Below are positions 23,750 to 36,889 of a stretch of 64,000 nt of DNA, piece after piece (the stretch's first letter is position 1; each line of letters begins with the position of its first letter). The DNA is from Octopus bimaculoides (taxonomy: Eukaryota), in contig NC_068986.1 in NCBI RefSeq assembly GCF_001194135.2, forward strand, positions 97,714,609 through 97,778,608, read 5' to 3'. Below the pieces are notes generated by a model. It had not been told where the DNA came from and did not search any database. It saw nothing but the letters and a program-made list of their open reading frames with translations. A program made the position numbers and the translations under genes.

Positions 23750-23969
23750 TATTTCTTTATTGCCCACAGTGGGGCTAAAATGAGAGGGGATAAACAATGA
23801 CAGACACAGGGATTAAGTCGATTATATGGACCCTAGTGCGTAACTGGTACTCATTTAATCGACCCCGAGAAGATGAAAAGCAAAGTCGGCCTCGGTGGAT
23901 TTCGAACTCAAAACGTTACGGCAAGCATGTCGCCCGGCTTGCTAACGATTCTGCCAGCTCGCCGCCTTT
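23750..23969 (-). mobile_element. SINE family 1, tail B, with 11-bp TSD
   Basis: Homology to 2128-2360; aattaaatatt at 23739-23749 and 23976-23986. Confidence 0.9.
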
Positions 23970-24734
23970 AAAATAAATTAAATATTGAGTGATCATTCAG
24001 TCTATTTATGTAAAGCATCACAATTCCTCCAAATTCACCAGGTGTATTATTAGTTCTTGCAAATTTCACGCGATCAAACTTCAAGGTTCCATTCACCTCT
24101 TACAGATTTATGCAAATTATCCTAATTCCACTATATTATTTTTACTGACATCGAAGCTTGCTAGATTCATTGAATCCTGTATATTGTGGTTATTTTCAAA
24201 TAACCGTTTGTTATTGCATACTCTTAAAAAAACTTCAGAAAGTTATGAATAAAAAATACTAATTTACAACTAAATTAAATTTTCTTAAGCAAACACGGTG
24301 TACACGAACACATGACAAGCTATAAAGACCAACTTGAGCGGCAATTTGATATGTATTAGTTTTTTGAAAATAAATGAATTTTGACCGGTTATGATACTTA
24401 CAAATGAAATAGCAAAGGGCATAATAAATAGAACAATATAGAATTTTTCAGATAAAAAAAAAAACATTAGAAACAAAATATGTTCTATGCTTTATTTCAT
24501 TTAAAAATTGAGTTTGAAGCTGCAATAAGAAGAAACAATCATTAATAAGACATTAATGAAACTCGACAGAAAACCGTAAAAAATACTACTACAAGCTATT
24601 ATTCCAAATAATCCGCACGTCAATATTACTAGCTATACAACAGAGCACTAGTCACAGTATTTATTATTAATTACTATTGCTATTTATGCCTAGTATATTC
24701 ACAAAGTTACGTAGTTTGCTTTAGGAATATAGCC

Positions 24735-24800
24735 AAATACTTATTTTATCGATCTCGCAAAGATGAAAGATATCTTTAACTTCAGCGAGATTTGAACAGT
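24735..24800 (-). mobile_element. SINE family 1 core fragment
   Basis: tacttattttatcgatctcgcaaagatgaaaga..agatttgaac. Confidence 0.5.
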
Positions 24801-24947
24801 TACTTCTTGCTACAAGCTCGATGTAATAAAATAACAGTACTAGACAAGTCACAATTCTCTTGACTATTACTTCTCTTGAAAATTCATCACTACTGTTATT
24901 CTTGGAATCAATATTCATGATGTATCACCCAATGTCTCCTTATGCAG

Positions 24948-25075
24948 AGTCGGTGAATTAGCAGAATCGGAACAACGTCTGAAAATTACTTTAAAGTTTG
25001 TATTTGCTTTGTCTTTCTCAATTCGAGTCAGCTCAAGTCCACTTTCCTTTCTTACATTCTCCACTCGTATCAACC
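24948..25075 (+). mobile_element. SINE family 1 head, degraded, plus orientation
   Basis: ggtgaattagcagaatcg..ccactttcctttc resembles ggcgagctggcagaatcg..cgactttgcctttc. Confidence 0.45.
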
Positions 25076-26712
25076 AAATTTGAAGTCGATGTAATTGTTT
25101 CCTCTACAATTTGTAATATGCTGTCTGTAACATCATATGTTAAAGCTACGTATATGTAATATTACTACGACTTTGACAATATTAACGTACGTGGAGTAAA
25201 GGATACTGTCTAGAAAAGATTAGTAGTTTATGTTTCATTTGGAGTATAATGAAGCTCAGATCTCCAGCGTGTGTGACATGCAGTTGTGCAAACATGGGGT
25301 TGGCATGTACGTCATCAGCCATTCAAAGACTTGCCTTCTTTAGATGTTATTGTGTTACAAAAATTAAAATTGGATAAAATATTGCTAAATGTAGTCAACT
25401 AACTGCAGTGTTTGACGAACAAAGTTCTACTGAATTTGGATTTACCTGGAGTGAGATAACAACGTTTCTAAATTTTAGCAATTTATACCATAAACGCATT
25501 TATACCGCAAACAAATGACAGCAGATAGCATGTGAGGAACTACATAGATTACATCGCATTTAGCATTGGGGATATATTATATAGCGATAAACACTGATCG
25601 ACTGTATTTAATAAGGAAAAGACTAAACGAATGGAAATTTCAAATTGGATTATCAGAACAGATGTAAAATACTGAAGGCTGCTCAGCTGTTTGTGGCAGT
25701 TGATTTATGTGAAGCTGGGATTATATTAAAAAAGTCTATTTAACAGAAGTCATAAAGTAAGTCATCATGTCCAGGTGTATGTATGTACGTACGTATGTAT
25801 GTATGTATGTATGTATGTTTGTATGTATGTATGTATGTATGAATGTATTTGTGTGTGTGTGTATATATATATGCATACATTCATATATTTGTACATCTTT
25901 GAGTATATACATNNNNNNNNNNNNNNNNNNNNNNNNNNNNNNNNNNNNNNNNNNNNNNNNNNNNNNNNNNNNNNNNNNNNNNNNNNNNNNNNNNNNNNNN
26001 NNNNNNNNNNNNNNNNNNNNNNNNNNNNNNNNNNNNNNNNNNNNNNNNNNNNNNNNNNNNNNNNNNNNNNNNNNNNNNNNNNNNNNNNNNNNNNNNNNNN
26101 NNNNNNNNNNNNNNNNNNNNNNNNNNNNNNNNNNNNNNNNNNNNNNNNNNNNNNNNNNNNNNNNNNNNNNNNNNNNNNNNNNNNNNNNNNNNNNNNNNNN
26201 NNNNNNNNNNNNNNNNNNNNNNNNNNNNNNNNNNNNNNNNNNNNNNNNNNNNNNNNNNNNNNNNNNNNNNNNNNNNNNNNNNNNNNNNNNNNNNNNNNNN
26301 NNNNNNNNNNNNNNNNNNNNNNNNNNNNNNNNNNNNNNNNNNNNNNNNNNNNNNNNNNNNNNNNNNNNNNNNNNNNNNNNNNNNNNNNNNNNNNNNNNNN
26401 NNNNNNNNNNNNNNNNNNNNNNNNNNNNNNNNNNNNNNNNNNNNNNNNNNNNNNNNNNNNNNNNNNNNNNNNNNNNNNNNNNNNNNNNNNNNNNNNNNNN
26501 NNNNNNNNNNNNNNNNNNNNNNNNNNNNNNNNNNNNNNNNNNNNNNNNNNNNNNNNNNNNNNNNNNNNNNNNNNNNNNNNNNNNNNNNNNNNNNNNNNNN
26601 NNNNNNNNNNNNNNNNNNNNNNNNNNNNNNNNNNNNNNNNNNNNNNNNNNNNNNNNNNNNNNNNNNNNNNNNNNNNNNNNNNNNNNNNNNNNNNNNNNNN
26701 NNNNNNNNNNNN

Positions 26713-27005
26713 GAGCACTCCACAGACACGTGTACCCTTAACGTAGTTCTCGGGGATATTCAGCGTGACACAGTGTGACAAGGCTGGCCCTTTGAATTAC
26801 AGGTACAACAGAAACAGAAAGAAAGAGTGAGAGAAAGTTTTGGCGGAAGAGTACAGCAGGGTTCGCCACCATCCCCTGCCGGAGCCTCGTGGTGCTTTAG
26901 GTGTTTTCGCTCAATAAACACCCACAACGCCCGGTCTGGGAATCGAAACCGCGGTCCTATGACCGCGAGTCCGCTGCCCTAACCACTGGGCCATTGCGCC
27001 TCCAC
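26713..27005 (-). mobile_element. tRNA-derived SINE family 3, young copy (3' end in gap)
   Basis: Minus strand gtggaggcgcaatggcccagtggttagggc (A box) ... ggtttcgattcc (B box); body tgtcacgctgaat..gagaactacgttaagggtac shared with 49575-49620. Confidence 0.9.
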
Positions 27006-27348
27006 TCACATAGATACATACATACATACATATATACATACATACATTCATACATACATACAAAAATACCCTGAATCTACGTTAGAAACTATCCCTATCT
27101 CTATTGGCAAGAAATCTTGAAATATAACTGAGAAATGACATCCATACATATATAATGTTTCTTGAGAATACTCACAGATTCCCGATGATCAAATATGTGA
27201 AACTCTGCATAATTATTTAGGAAGTCTTTTCTAGCTTCAATAATAAATTACTGTACTTTTGGTATACAAGCGCTATTTTCTGTATGTCGTTTGGCATGTA
27301 TGATCTAGCATGTATAGATAAATACTTACATACACGTGCGCGCACGCA

Positions 27349-27385
<37 letters not shown>

Positions 27386-27639
27386 ATATACATATATATA
27401 TATGCGCTTGGATATGTATACAAGCTTGTAAGTGCGTGTGATTTTGAGTATGTGCATAAATATAACCTATACATCTGACATGTTTCGAAACAATATGTTT
27501 GATACAAAATAAGCAAAATAGAAAAATAAATACCTTGAGTAACAAACAAGAATACTTATCGATGTCTTACTCTTAAACTATAGATCAGTTTCTTATTGTT
27601 TACCTCATGCTCGTCAGCTTTCTAATCTTCATTATTTAA

Positions 27640-28720
27640 GGCATATTTAATGCATATGGTTCGCATTATTGACATGAATTTATTGAGATTCATATCTATG
27701 TCTTGCATAGAGAGGCTTTTAGACCGTCCAACTGGAGTATCTGTTTTTCAAGTGACTTCCAGTCAGCTTTATAGAAATATAGGCTGGATAGAGTTTGAGC
27801 GTCATGTGTGCGGAGTTTATCTTTAGTTAATTCCGGGCCATACATTGTGAGTTCTATCATGTTACGGTCTGAGAATATTATCGGTGATATATTTACGTTG
27901 TGGATAATTCCCACATTGTTTGTAAAATAGAGGTCCAGGATATTTTTGTGCCTGGTTGGAGAGAGTATGACCTGCTCCATGAAGAGCATTTTCGTAAGAT
28001 CAAGTAGACATTCTGCTTGATGTCGCACTTTGCGCATCATTCCTGTGGTTATATTGCTCTCGGGCCACCTGATGTTGGTGAAGTTGAAGTCACCCATCAT
28101 GAATATAGTACTACATTGATCCAATTGTGTTAGCACTTCTATTATCGCACTGAGGCTTTCCTCAAATTTTCCATAATGATTTGAGGCATCAGGTGGGCGA
28201 TATAATGGGCATATCACTATATCAAGTTGCATTAGATGTACTATGAGTGTGTCACACACCGAATTCAAGTTCGATAACAGGGTTAATGGTGTGACATCAT
28301 CGCGGATGTAAAGTGCAACTCCACCGTGGCTTCTTTTTATTCTGTCTGTACTTCTGTCTGTACGGAAGATAGCATACGTTCATACGTATATCTCCGTAAC
28401 ATTTAGGTTCGCAAATAGATGTGTTTCTGAAAGTGTAATGCATACACCTTGATTACATGCAGAAAGTTTCTTCAGGTGCTCAATTTTGCATTTGCTGCTG
28501 TTCTGCAGCAGGCCTCTTATATTTATTTGTAGAAATAACGTTGGTGTTGGTATGTTGGGTGTTGGATTGTTGGGTGATGGTGTGTTGGTGATTTGGTGGC
28601 AGTGGTGGCCAACCGGGGTCCATCAATTGTGGCGGTCTTGTGCGTGATGGTACATAGCTCAGCCTTGTTTTTAGCCATGGCAACCGTTGACCTATTTCCT
28701 GTGCCACACTTACAAAAGAA
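27640..28720 (-). mobile_element. CR1/L2-group LINE fragment: probable ORF1 end plus APE endonuclease
   Basis: ITLSETHL, RSHGGVALYI, LYRPP, MMGDFN, QVILSPTRHKNILDLYFTN, FSDRN (SDH mutated); Pro/Gln/Thr-rich upstream segment. Confidence 0.85.
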
Positions 28721-28721
28721 A

Positions 28722-28895
28722 ATTCTACTGAGGAAGACCAAAAACCGAAAGGCTGCAGGATTGGATGACATCCCTCCTGAAGTCTGGAAAACCGGTAATT
28801 TCAATGACATTATTCTCAATCGTTCATCTCAGTATTTCTTCAAAGTGAGATAAAAGTTTCAACAGCAGAATGCATTCTCCCTTCCCCCCAAAATG
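28722..28895 (+). mobile_element. RTE LINE fragment
   Basis: ILLRKTKNRKAAGLDDIPPEVWKTGNFNDII..CILPFP; homologous (inverted) to ~32290-32455. Confidence 0.85.
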
Positions 28896-31014
28896 TTTTC
28901 TATTTAGTTCGTTACCATCGTATTCCCACCACTGTTTCAGCGTGCACATACAGGAATTTAACTTACATCTTAATGGGAAATCCAATATAGTGCATTTGAA
29001 ATATTTTTCCATCTTATATAAATCGAATGCCAAATCAACTAAGTATTGTTCAACATTATTGCAATCATTCAATTGCAATGTTTTATTCGCTTCGTCTTTT
29101 TATTATCAAATACAACAGTCAATATTATTTATTTTAAATTTATTCTCAAAGCTAAATCCTAAAATCCTATTAGTAATAATCTATTCTTAGTTACTTGCTG
29201 GTAAATGTTGATGCTTATAATATGCAATAATAACGTATTGTAAGGTTTCATTAAGAGTAAACCAATAGCTGCTATTTCGCTAAAAATTTCACTAATGAGA
29301 ATATTCCACTAGTAAGAATATTGTGTACTGCACTTATGTTAACACTGTCTTCGTTTCACTACCGCTACATGCATTTATTAATTTAGCTGCTATGACATAC
29401 TTAACGGTGTCAGATTCGCCTGAATGCCATATATTGTTAATATTGCTAATGGTTTCTAAGGTTTTCTGTCTCGTTTGATTAATATTTCCGTCGAATCGAT
29501 GACTTGGCACATAGAATCTAATTGTCGAAAGAAATGCTGTATGGAAGCAGCTATTTTGCTTCTCGGACTTTATTTATTAAAATCTCCCATTGGCCGAATC
29601 AGGAGAGCGGCGGACATAATACTACACCTTATTGTCTTACATATCATTACATTCCGAGCTGAAAGCTTACCGGCGATACTGTCAAATTCATTCCATCGAT
29701 GGCCAGTGAAGGAAGTATCAGTCACTCACTTAGATCGATAAAATGGATAATAGTGGATCACCGTTGTTCTTTGATGTAGATTCACTTGTTCAAACAACTT
29801 AATATATTGTTCCATGAATAACGTGTAAGTGGTTGCGCATTCCACATATATGGTAACCTCAACACAGTTCTCAGATTGAATGTGCCTGACTGAGGGGGTG
29901 TTGTGTATGTAACTGAGGAATGGCCATGGGTAAATTCAGGTGAGTGCCAGACAAAACAAATATTTAGAAAGAAGACATACATTTCTCAATAACCGAGATT
30001 TCATCAATTTGTCTACCCTCATAACAGCACGGCCGTCTGAAGAAAAAGAAAAAATGTATAGACATACGGGGTAATGTAAGTCATAATACAAGATGGCCAT
30101 ATCTAGAAGGCATTTAATTATATGTCTATGATAGGTAACATGAGGAAAAACAACATACATCACATATGACCTTGTGCTGATTTGGTGTGTAACGAGGTCA
30201 TTCGCAGAAGAGAAGTCTGCTAAGAAATCTATAGAGACGGTTTAAAACTGCAAACTCTCTTTTGTTGGATATAATTTAGATTGTTTGGGGGTGATGAAAT
30301 TGTTCCAATCATAAGCGTGGGTTTCAGTTAAAAGCACGCTATAATGATTTGCGTGTATTAGGTTCACCATACACATATGGGTATATCATTTAATCGTGAA
30401 CCTCACCTGATCTTTGTAGATCGTAATCAGTTGTTCAACGCCTAAGGGTTTTCTAGCACTGGAACAGAACGTATTTTGCTATGGATACGAAATCATTAGG
30501 AAAGACTATCAGGAAAGACATTAGGAAAGACTAGCTGTAAGTTACTAGATCAATGGATATATGCTTTCCATCCTTGGCGGATCTGTCTTATTTTTAGACA
30601 GAAAATTAATGGAGTATATTATCGAACGTGTTCATCCTTTATGTGTAAAAGTAGACGTACGACTGCTACTTTGTTGTTTACATTGACAGGTAGATTTTCA
30701 TAATCTAGGCTGCTTGCGGCATTGTTGTTAATTAACTATTATATTAAGTAGTATTACCATATTTGATCTACAGAACAACTGTTGGAAAAATTAAGTACAA
30801 TTACGTTTTAGCGTTATTAGTTTTTACGCGCGTTTCACCATTATGGCCCTACGATAGACATTCTAAATTCATGTAGATGGTGACCCGCAATGGATCTTCA
30901 GTGAACACCTTATTTCAGTCAGTTACTGAATGTTGTATCCCATCCTTTAGTAAAGATGTTAACGTATAAATTTAGGACGATCAGTTTCCTATTTCTAGCA
31001 GTTTTTTTTATCGA

Positions 31015-34000
31015 GATATCATCCGGTCAGGCTGATTGCCCGGGTTGCTACCTCTCTTCATCCCTCGCGATATTCCATTACTGCTCTTAAGTCTTCATCT
31101 CGGCATCCAACATCTTCTGCAAGCTGTTATATATACGTCTCCCGTTGTCTTCTAGCCACTGTGGTACCATGGTTTGATGTTCACAACAACACATTACTCA
31201 CGAGTTCTTTACTTCTCCAGTAGTGGCCAGCAAACCTCAATCTCCGCTCTTGGACAGTTGTTGAGAAAGTTGGTGCATTCCCACATAGCCGTTGTTTTGT
31301 TGGGTGCTTCCTTCACAGATGTTGAGCACTGCACGTAACATTCTGGTGTAGGCACCGTCCAGCATGAACCTGAGTCTCTTGGTGAGAGTCTAAGTCGGAA
31401 GTCCATATACAGGCACAGATTCAACAACTGCTCTGAAGAACTGTCTCTCCAAACTATCTGGTAGAGTTGACTTCCATATTTTTCTAAGATCGTATATAGC
31501 TGCCCAAGCCGTAGCATCGCGAGATTTAATATCTTTTTCCGTGGACACGATATGGCTTGACACATTTCAAAGGATTCTGTTTGATGGTCCTGGTTTCACC
31601 TGTTGTGTTAAGGGTGGATAATTCTGCCTTCTTTTCCTTCGTATATAGTCCTATGTTACCGGCAGAATTTTCCAGGAGATAAGTAAACGTCCATTATATT
31701 TTGTGTGGTGTTGTCTGCGATTAGTGCTATGACATCAGCATAATCGGCATCAGTCAAGTAGGAGGCCGGATATCTTCTGCTTCTAGATTTCTGTAGAGTG
31801 AAACCCAGATCATTTTATTGATCTATTGAGGTACACAATACGTAATCGAGACACAGGATGAACAAGTAAGGAACAAGTGTGTCACCCTGCAATACACCTG
31901 CATGAACATCAAAGTCAGTATCTCCATCTGGTGACCGCACTTTGACTCGGGTGTTTTTATATAGCATCATTACTGGCTTTATTGTTTCATCAGGGATTCC
32001 ATATACTCTAAGAATTTCTGCTATCTTATCTCTGTGTACAGAGTCCAAGGCCCTGGAGAAATCAATAAAAGCAGAACTACATTAAGAGTTTTGGCTCGTA
32101 CTCCTAACATCCTCCTAACTGTAAGAATTTCACCAGATGTATACCGGTTCTTCCTGAATCCGTTTTGATTTTTTTCTCAAGAACTCTTTTAATTTGAGGT
32201 TGGATTCGATTGAGTAGCAATGCATTTAAATCTCTGTTGTAATTGATGTTAATATAAATCCTCTGTTGTTTATACCAAGACTCAGATAACCTTCTTTGGG
32301 AAAGGCAGAACGAAACTTTTATCTCACTTTGATGATAGACTGAGATGCAGGATTTGAGAATAATGCCATTGAAATTGCCAGTTTTCTAGACTTCAAGAGG
32401 GATGTCATCTAATCCCGCAGCTTTTCGGTTTTTGGTCTTTCTCAGTATGACTTCAAGCTCTTCCGTTGAGAAAGGTCCCTGCTTGATATCCAGGACCTCT
32501 CTAACAATACGGTGGATCCGCTGGTTTGATGTATTCGGTGATTTCCTGAGAAGGTTTTGAAAATGATCTTTCCACTTACTCAGTCTCTCCTGTAGGTTAG
32601 ACGCTTTCAACTTCGCTTTGAAGGATTTCTTCCGGCCACTCATTTCATTTACTGTCTACCAGGCCAAGGCAGATTGTTTGTTGTCTGCTGCGTTTTTAAT
32701 TTTGTCGATTTGACTTTGAATGTATTTTTGCTGTTCCATCTGACATAATACATTAAGTTCTTTCTGCACATTCATTTTTCTATTTAAGTTTCTTCTCGTA
32801 GGAATTCTGACATGTTGTTTGGTTATTTCTTTTATGTTAATTCTTTTTGCGAGCACTGTATCGCTTTTCCAGGGGACTCTTTGTTTCAGTTCTGGTCTCA
32901 AAGGGATGCACTTTTCAGCAGCCTCATAATGAGCTTGGATGAAGTTGAGATATGTTGTGTTTGGTGTGTGATTTCCGCATACATCTTGTAACGCGTCAAA
33001 GTGTGATTTCTGAGTTTGATCGTAAAATCATTTCGGACTTTCTTGTTGTACATCAGTATAGCCCAGTTGTAGGGTGGTCTTGAAGTTTTTTTTATCTTGT
33101 TCGGTCGGTGGCTTAACTGAAGCTTACATATTACCACTTGATGGTCAGGTGATACACTAAAGAAAGTGTTGTATGCTTCGCAGTTGTGGCAGCTGTTAAT
33201 CCACTTTTTGTTCATGATATTATAGTGCACCTGAAGTTTGAATCCATTTGGGGAAGTATGGGTCTACTTCTTTCTCAGTCTCTTCTGAAGATGACTGTTC
33301 AGGCATTGAAGTTTGTTTTGTACCAAAAAGTGTTCTCCATTTCGGTTTGAGGTTTGATGGAATGCATCCTAATGATGGAGATAGTCATGGCCTAATTGTG
33401 CATTCATATCATCGCCAATGATGAGGATGTGTTTTGGTATATATCGTACAAGAGACGATAAATCATTGCAAAAATTTATGACCTCTAGTTCATCGCTGAC
33501 ATTTGTTGGGCTGTAGCAGCACCTGGCAGTAGTAGAAGGGTTACCGTTGAAATTGGCAACTATTATTCTGTACGTTATCTTCTCCATGCGGTTTAGTGAT
33601 TTCAAGGCAGGCAGGTTGGATAATAATCCAACACCGCCGATGGTGCTATTAATAGAATCTTTCCATGCTGATACAGACACAAAAGTCCAGTTGTTATCGT
33701 GTTCATGAATCTTTACATCGTGATCATCATGAAAGAGACGATGTTCCTGTACACAAAAGATGTCTATGTTGATAGCCGATGCAGCAGGTTTTCATATTTG
33801 AGATATAGATTTAAAAGTTCTTACATCGAAAGTCGATACTATAACAGGATCCTTGCATAATGCAAATTTCGACTTTGATTTTGGTTCTGTAGCGCGTCCT
33901 ACACAGGTGTCAGAACCAGCGCCCCTGGTCACGACCCTTAGTAATCGGCGCGATGATCGACGCGGTATGAGTTTCTGGAATGATCTATAGTCATGACTAG

Positions 34001-34330
34001 TCTTTCGATAGCTTGGTATAATCATTAGTGTGAGCCACGTCTATTGATGGTCGCAGATTTTCTCTGACTGAACTGACTGACCCTGGCCATTGATCTGTTT
34101 TGAATTTCTCTGCGCAGCATCTTGTGCACCTTATCCTTGACTGGATTGACTGATCTTCAGCCAAGGTTTCACACCTGCTATGCTGCCCCCCATGCAGGTA
34201 ACCAGAGCCCCGTTTGCCAGTTTGGGTTCAATATCCAGCTGCTCGCCTTGAGTGACACTGACAGATTACCGGAGTCAATCTTCCTGTCCATGGCCAGGGG
34301 TGGAAAACGTCTCTTTCATCAGACGGTATA
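31015..34330 (-). mobile_element. RTE-clade LINE, near full length, degraded (APE + RT)
   Basis: APE: IVSTFDVRT, CVQEHR, IGGVGLL, CYSPTN, DMNAQLG; RT: KAAGLDDIP, FIDFSRALDSVHR, GVLQGDTLVPYLFILCLDYVL, YADDIAL; many stops and frameshifts. Confidence 0.93.
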
Positions 34331-34650
34331 GCTTAATCAGGCAATCTCAGACTGTTGCCATCACGAACTATGACGAAGGGTTGGAATCGAGCAGTTTGAA
34401 AAGCCAAATCTATCCACGTTGTGACGATCACTTCTTTACAGATACAATTTTAGTTCATTCAATGATATTATCCAAATGTTTTATCATTGCAGTGTGAGAT
34501 GAAAGGATTTCTGTGCAAGATCTAACAGCCCAAACGACCAAATAGAAGATTCCTAGTTTTCTCTTAGAGAAAAAATAATTGTTGTCGTTCTTTTTCGTTC
34601 GCCCAAACATTTATTCACACTACAAGGAAAGAAACACAGGTACAAATATT

Positions 34651-34855
34651 GGTACAAGGCCATTAATGTCGGGAGAGGAGGGAAATTCGATCCTATCGCA
34701 TCCAGCGTTCAACTAATACTTATTTTATCAATCCTTAATGGACTGAAAAGCAAAGTCGACCTCGGTAGGATTCGAACTGGGAATGTAAAGATAAAAAGAA
34801 ACGCTGTTAAGCACTTTGCCCGACGTGCTTAGGATTCTGCCAGCTCACCGCCCTT
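34651..34855 (-). mobile_element. SINE family 1, tail A, older copy
   Basis: aaagcaaagtcgacctcggtaggattcgaact..ttctgccagctcaccgccc. Confidence 0.85.
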
Positions 34856-34965
34856 AACATTTAAGAATATTAAATATCTTAATGCTAAATTCACCACGGG
34901 ATTAATATTAGTATATATATATGGTTGTGTATGTGTGTGCATGTAAGATTATATGTGCATATATA

Positions 34966-35009
<44 letters not shown>

Positions 35010-35962
35010 TGTATATATATATATAAGCTCTTTCATTAAATTCAGTTAAGTGTCAGTGTGAATTAAATTGAGGTCAAATATTTGCATAAAACCACACATT
35101 GTGGGTGCATCATAGAGTTGATTAAATTAACAGAATCACATTCGAGATGTCTCTTTTTTAGCAAACGTTTACGAGAGAAAGGCAAAATTGACTGCAGCAA
35201 TTTTCATCTATTAATATGTTTACTCCAAGATTAGAATCCACGTGAAAATATCGATTTCTAAATGAGGCACAATGTCTCAAAGCTTGAACTCAGAAGAATG
35301 AAGCATCTAAAGAGATGCATTAAAGGATGAAAAAATGCACTGTGTGGCTACGTATAGCGTTTACCGCCGCCCTTGAATTACAAACAAGTGAAACCATAGT
35401 TATGCAAATAATGAAAGATACGAAATTAATTTCGCACGAATATTGTATCAGTCCAACTCTACGTGGAATAAACACCACAATAGAAATTTAATTAAACTTT
35501 TGTATAGTATTTCAGCGAACTCTGATAACGATTTCTCCATGATTAAAATAGCAACAATATCATTTTGAAGTGATATGGACGGCAGCAACGGTATGTAAAA
35601 AAAACAAAATCAGCATAACAGTGCTGAAATCCAACAATATGTGAATAGCTCATCTTAGCAGATCTTTGTCAACTTCAGTTCATCAATCTTGGTTGATTAG
35701 TCCATATGCTGCAATGTAATGTAATTTGCTTTTATTTTTGTTGTTCGTTTTACGAAAAGGTCATTCTTGAATGGTAAACAGGAAATTAAACAAATCCTAA
35801 TATGCTTGTATTGAAAATAACGTTTCCTTTCCTCGTTCTATGAAATTGCATTAATACATGTTGAGCAAACGATAAAACAAAATCGTAGATTCAATAAGTC
35901 TTTGTGCTAAATTATAAATATTATTTAATTCAAATTCATATGCTTTAATAATTGTTGCTGAT

Positions 35963-36110
35963 TTAGGTACAAGGCCAGTAATTTTAGTGGAAGGGATTTT
36001 TGGATATCAGTAACTTTAGTACTTAACCGGTACCTTATTTCAACGAACGCAATATAGACACCGGCAGGATTTGAATTGGTGAGGTAAAATGTCAGAAGGA
36101 ATATCATAAG
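35963..36110 (-). mobile_element. SINE family 1 fragment, degraded
   Basis: ttaggtacaaggccagtaatttt..ccggtac..ggcaggatttgaa. Confidence 0.5.
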
Positions 36111-36433
36111 ACATTGTGACGCTGTAGTTTATCAGCTGGCTATATAAGATATTGTTTAAATAATAGTTCTTTACATAGGAACAAAGCAAAGTACTTGGAG
36201 AGAAAGTTCGTCCATTATATCAAAAGGAGTGCTTCATTGGTACAATTTTTATTTTCAAGGTTTATCGTTAATCCATGCTGCGCCATTTTTCGTATATGCA
36301 TTACAGGTGTTGAAGGTTTCATTTGAGACCCGTGTCCACCCAAAAATTGTCTCTTTGTGATGTATCAAAACAAATTACCATGACCATTCTACTTATAATT
36401 CCTTCAAGTCCAGAGTTCCTTTTGTATCAATTC

Positions 36434-36465
<32 letters not shown>

Positions 36466-36889
36466 NNNNNNNNNNNNNNNNNNNNNNNNNNNNNNNNNNN
36501 NNNNNNNNNNNNNNNNNNNNNNNNNNNNNNNNNNNNNNNNNNNNNNNNNNNNNNNNNNNNNNNNNNNNNNNNNNNNNNNNNNNNNNNNNNNNNNNNNNNN
36601 NNNNNNNNNNNNNNNNNNNNNNNNNNNNNNNNNNNNNNNNNNNNNNNNNNNNNNNNNNNNNNNNNNNNNNNNNNNNNNNNNNNNNNNNNNNNNNNNNNNN
36701 NNNNNNNNNNNNNNNNNNNNNNNNNNNNNNNNNNNNNNNNNNNNNNNNNNNNNNNNNNNNNNNNNNNNNNNNNNNNNNNNNNNNNNNNNNNNNNNNNNNN
36801 NNNNNNNNNNNNNNNNNNNNNNNNNNNNNNNNNNATATATATATATCTGTGTATGTGTAACGTAAGGAAGGGTTAAGGCATAAGAAATG

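Noticed and set aside
26925-27005. tRNA gene
   Set aside because: A and B boxes are present, but the sequence continues into a SINE body shared with 49420-49670; it is a SINE head.
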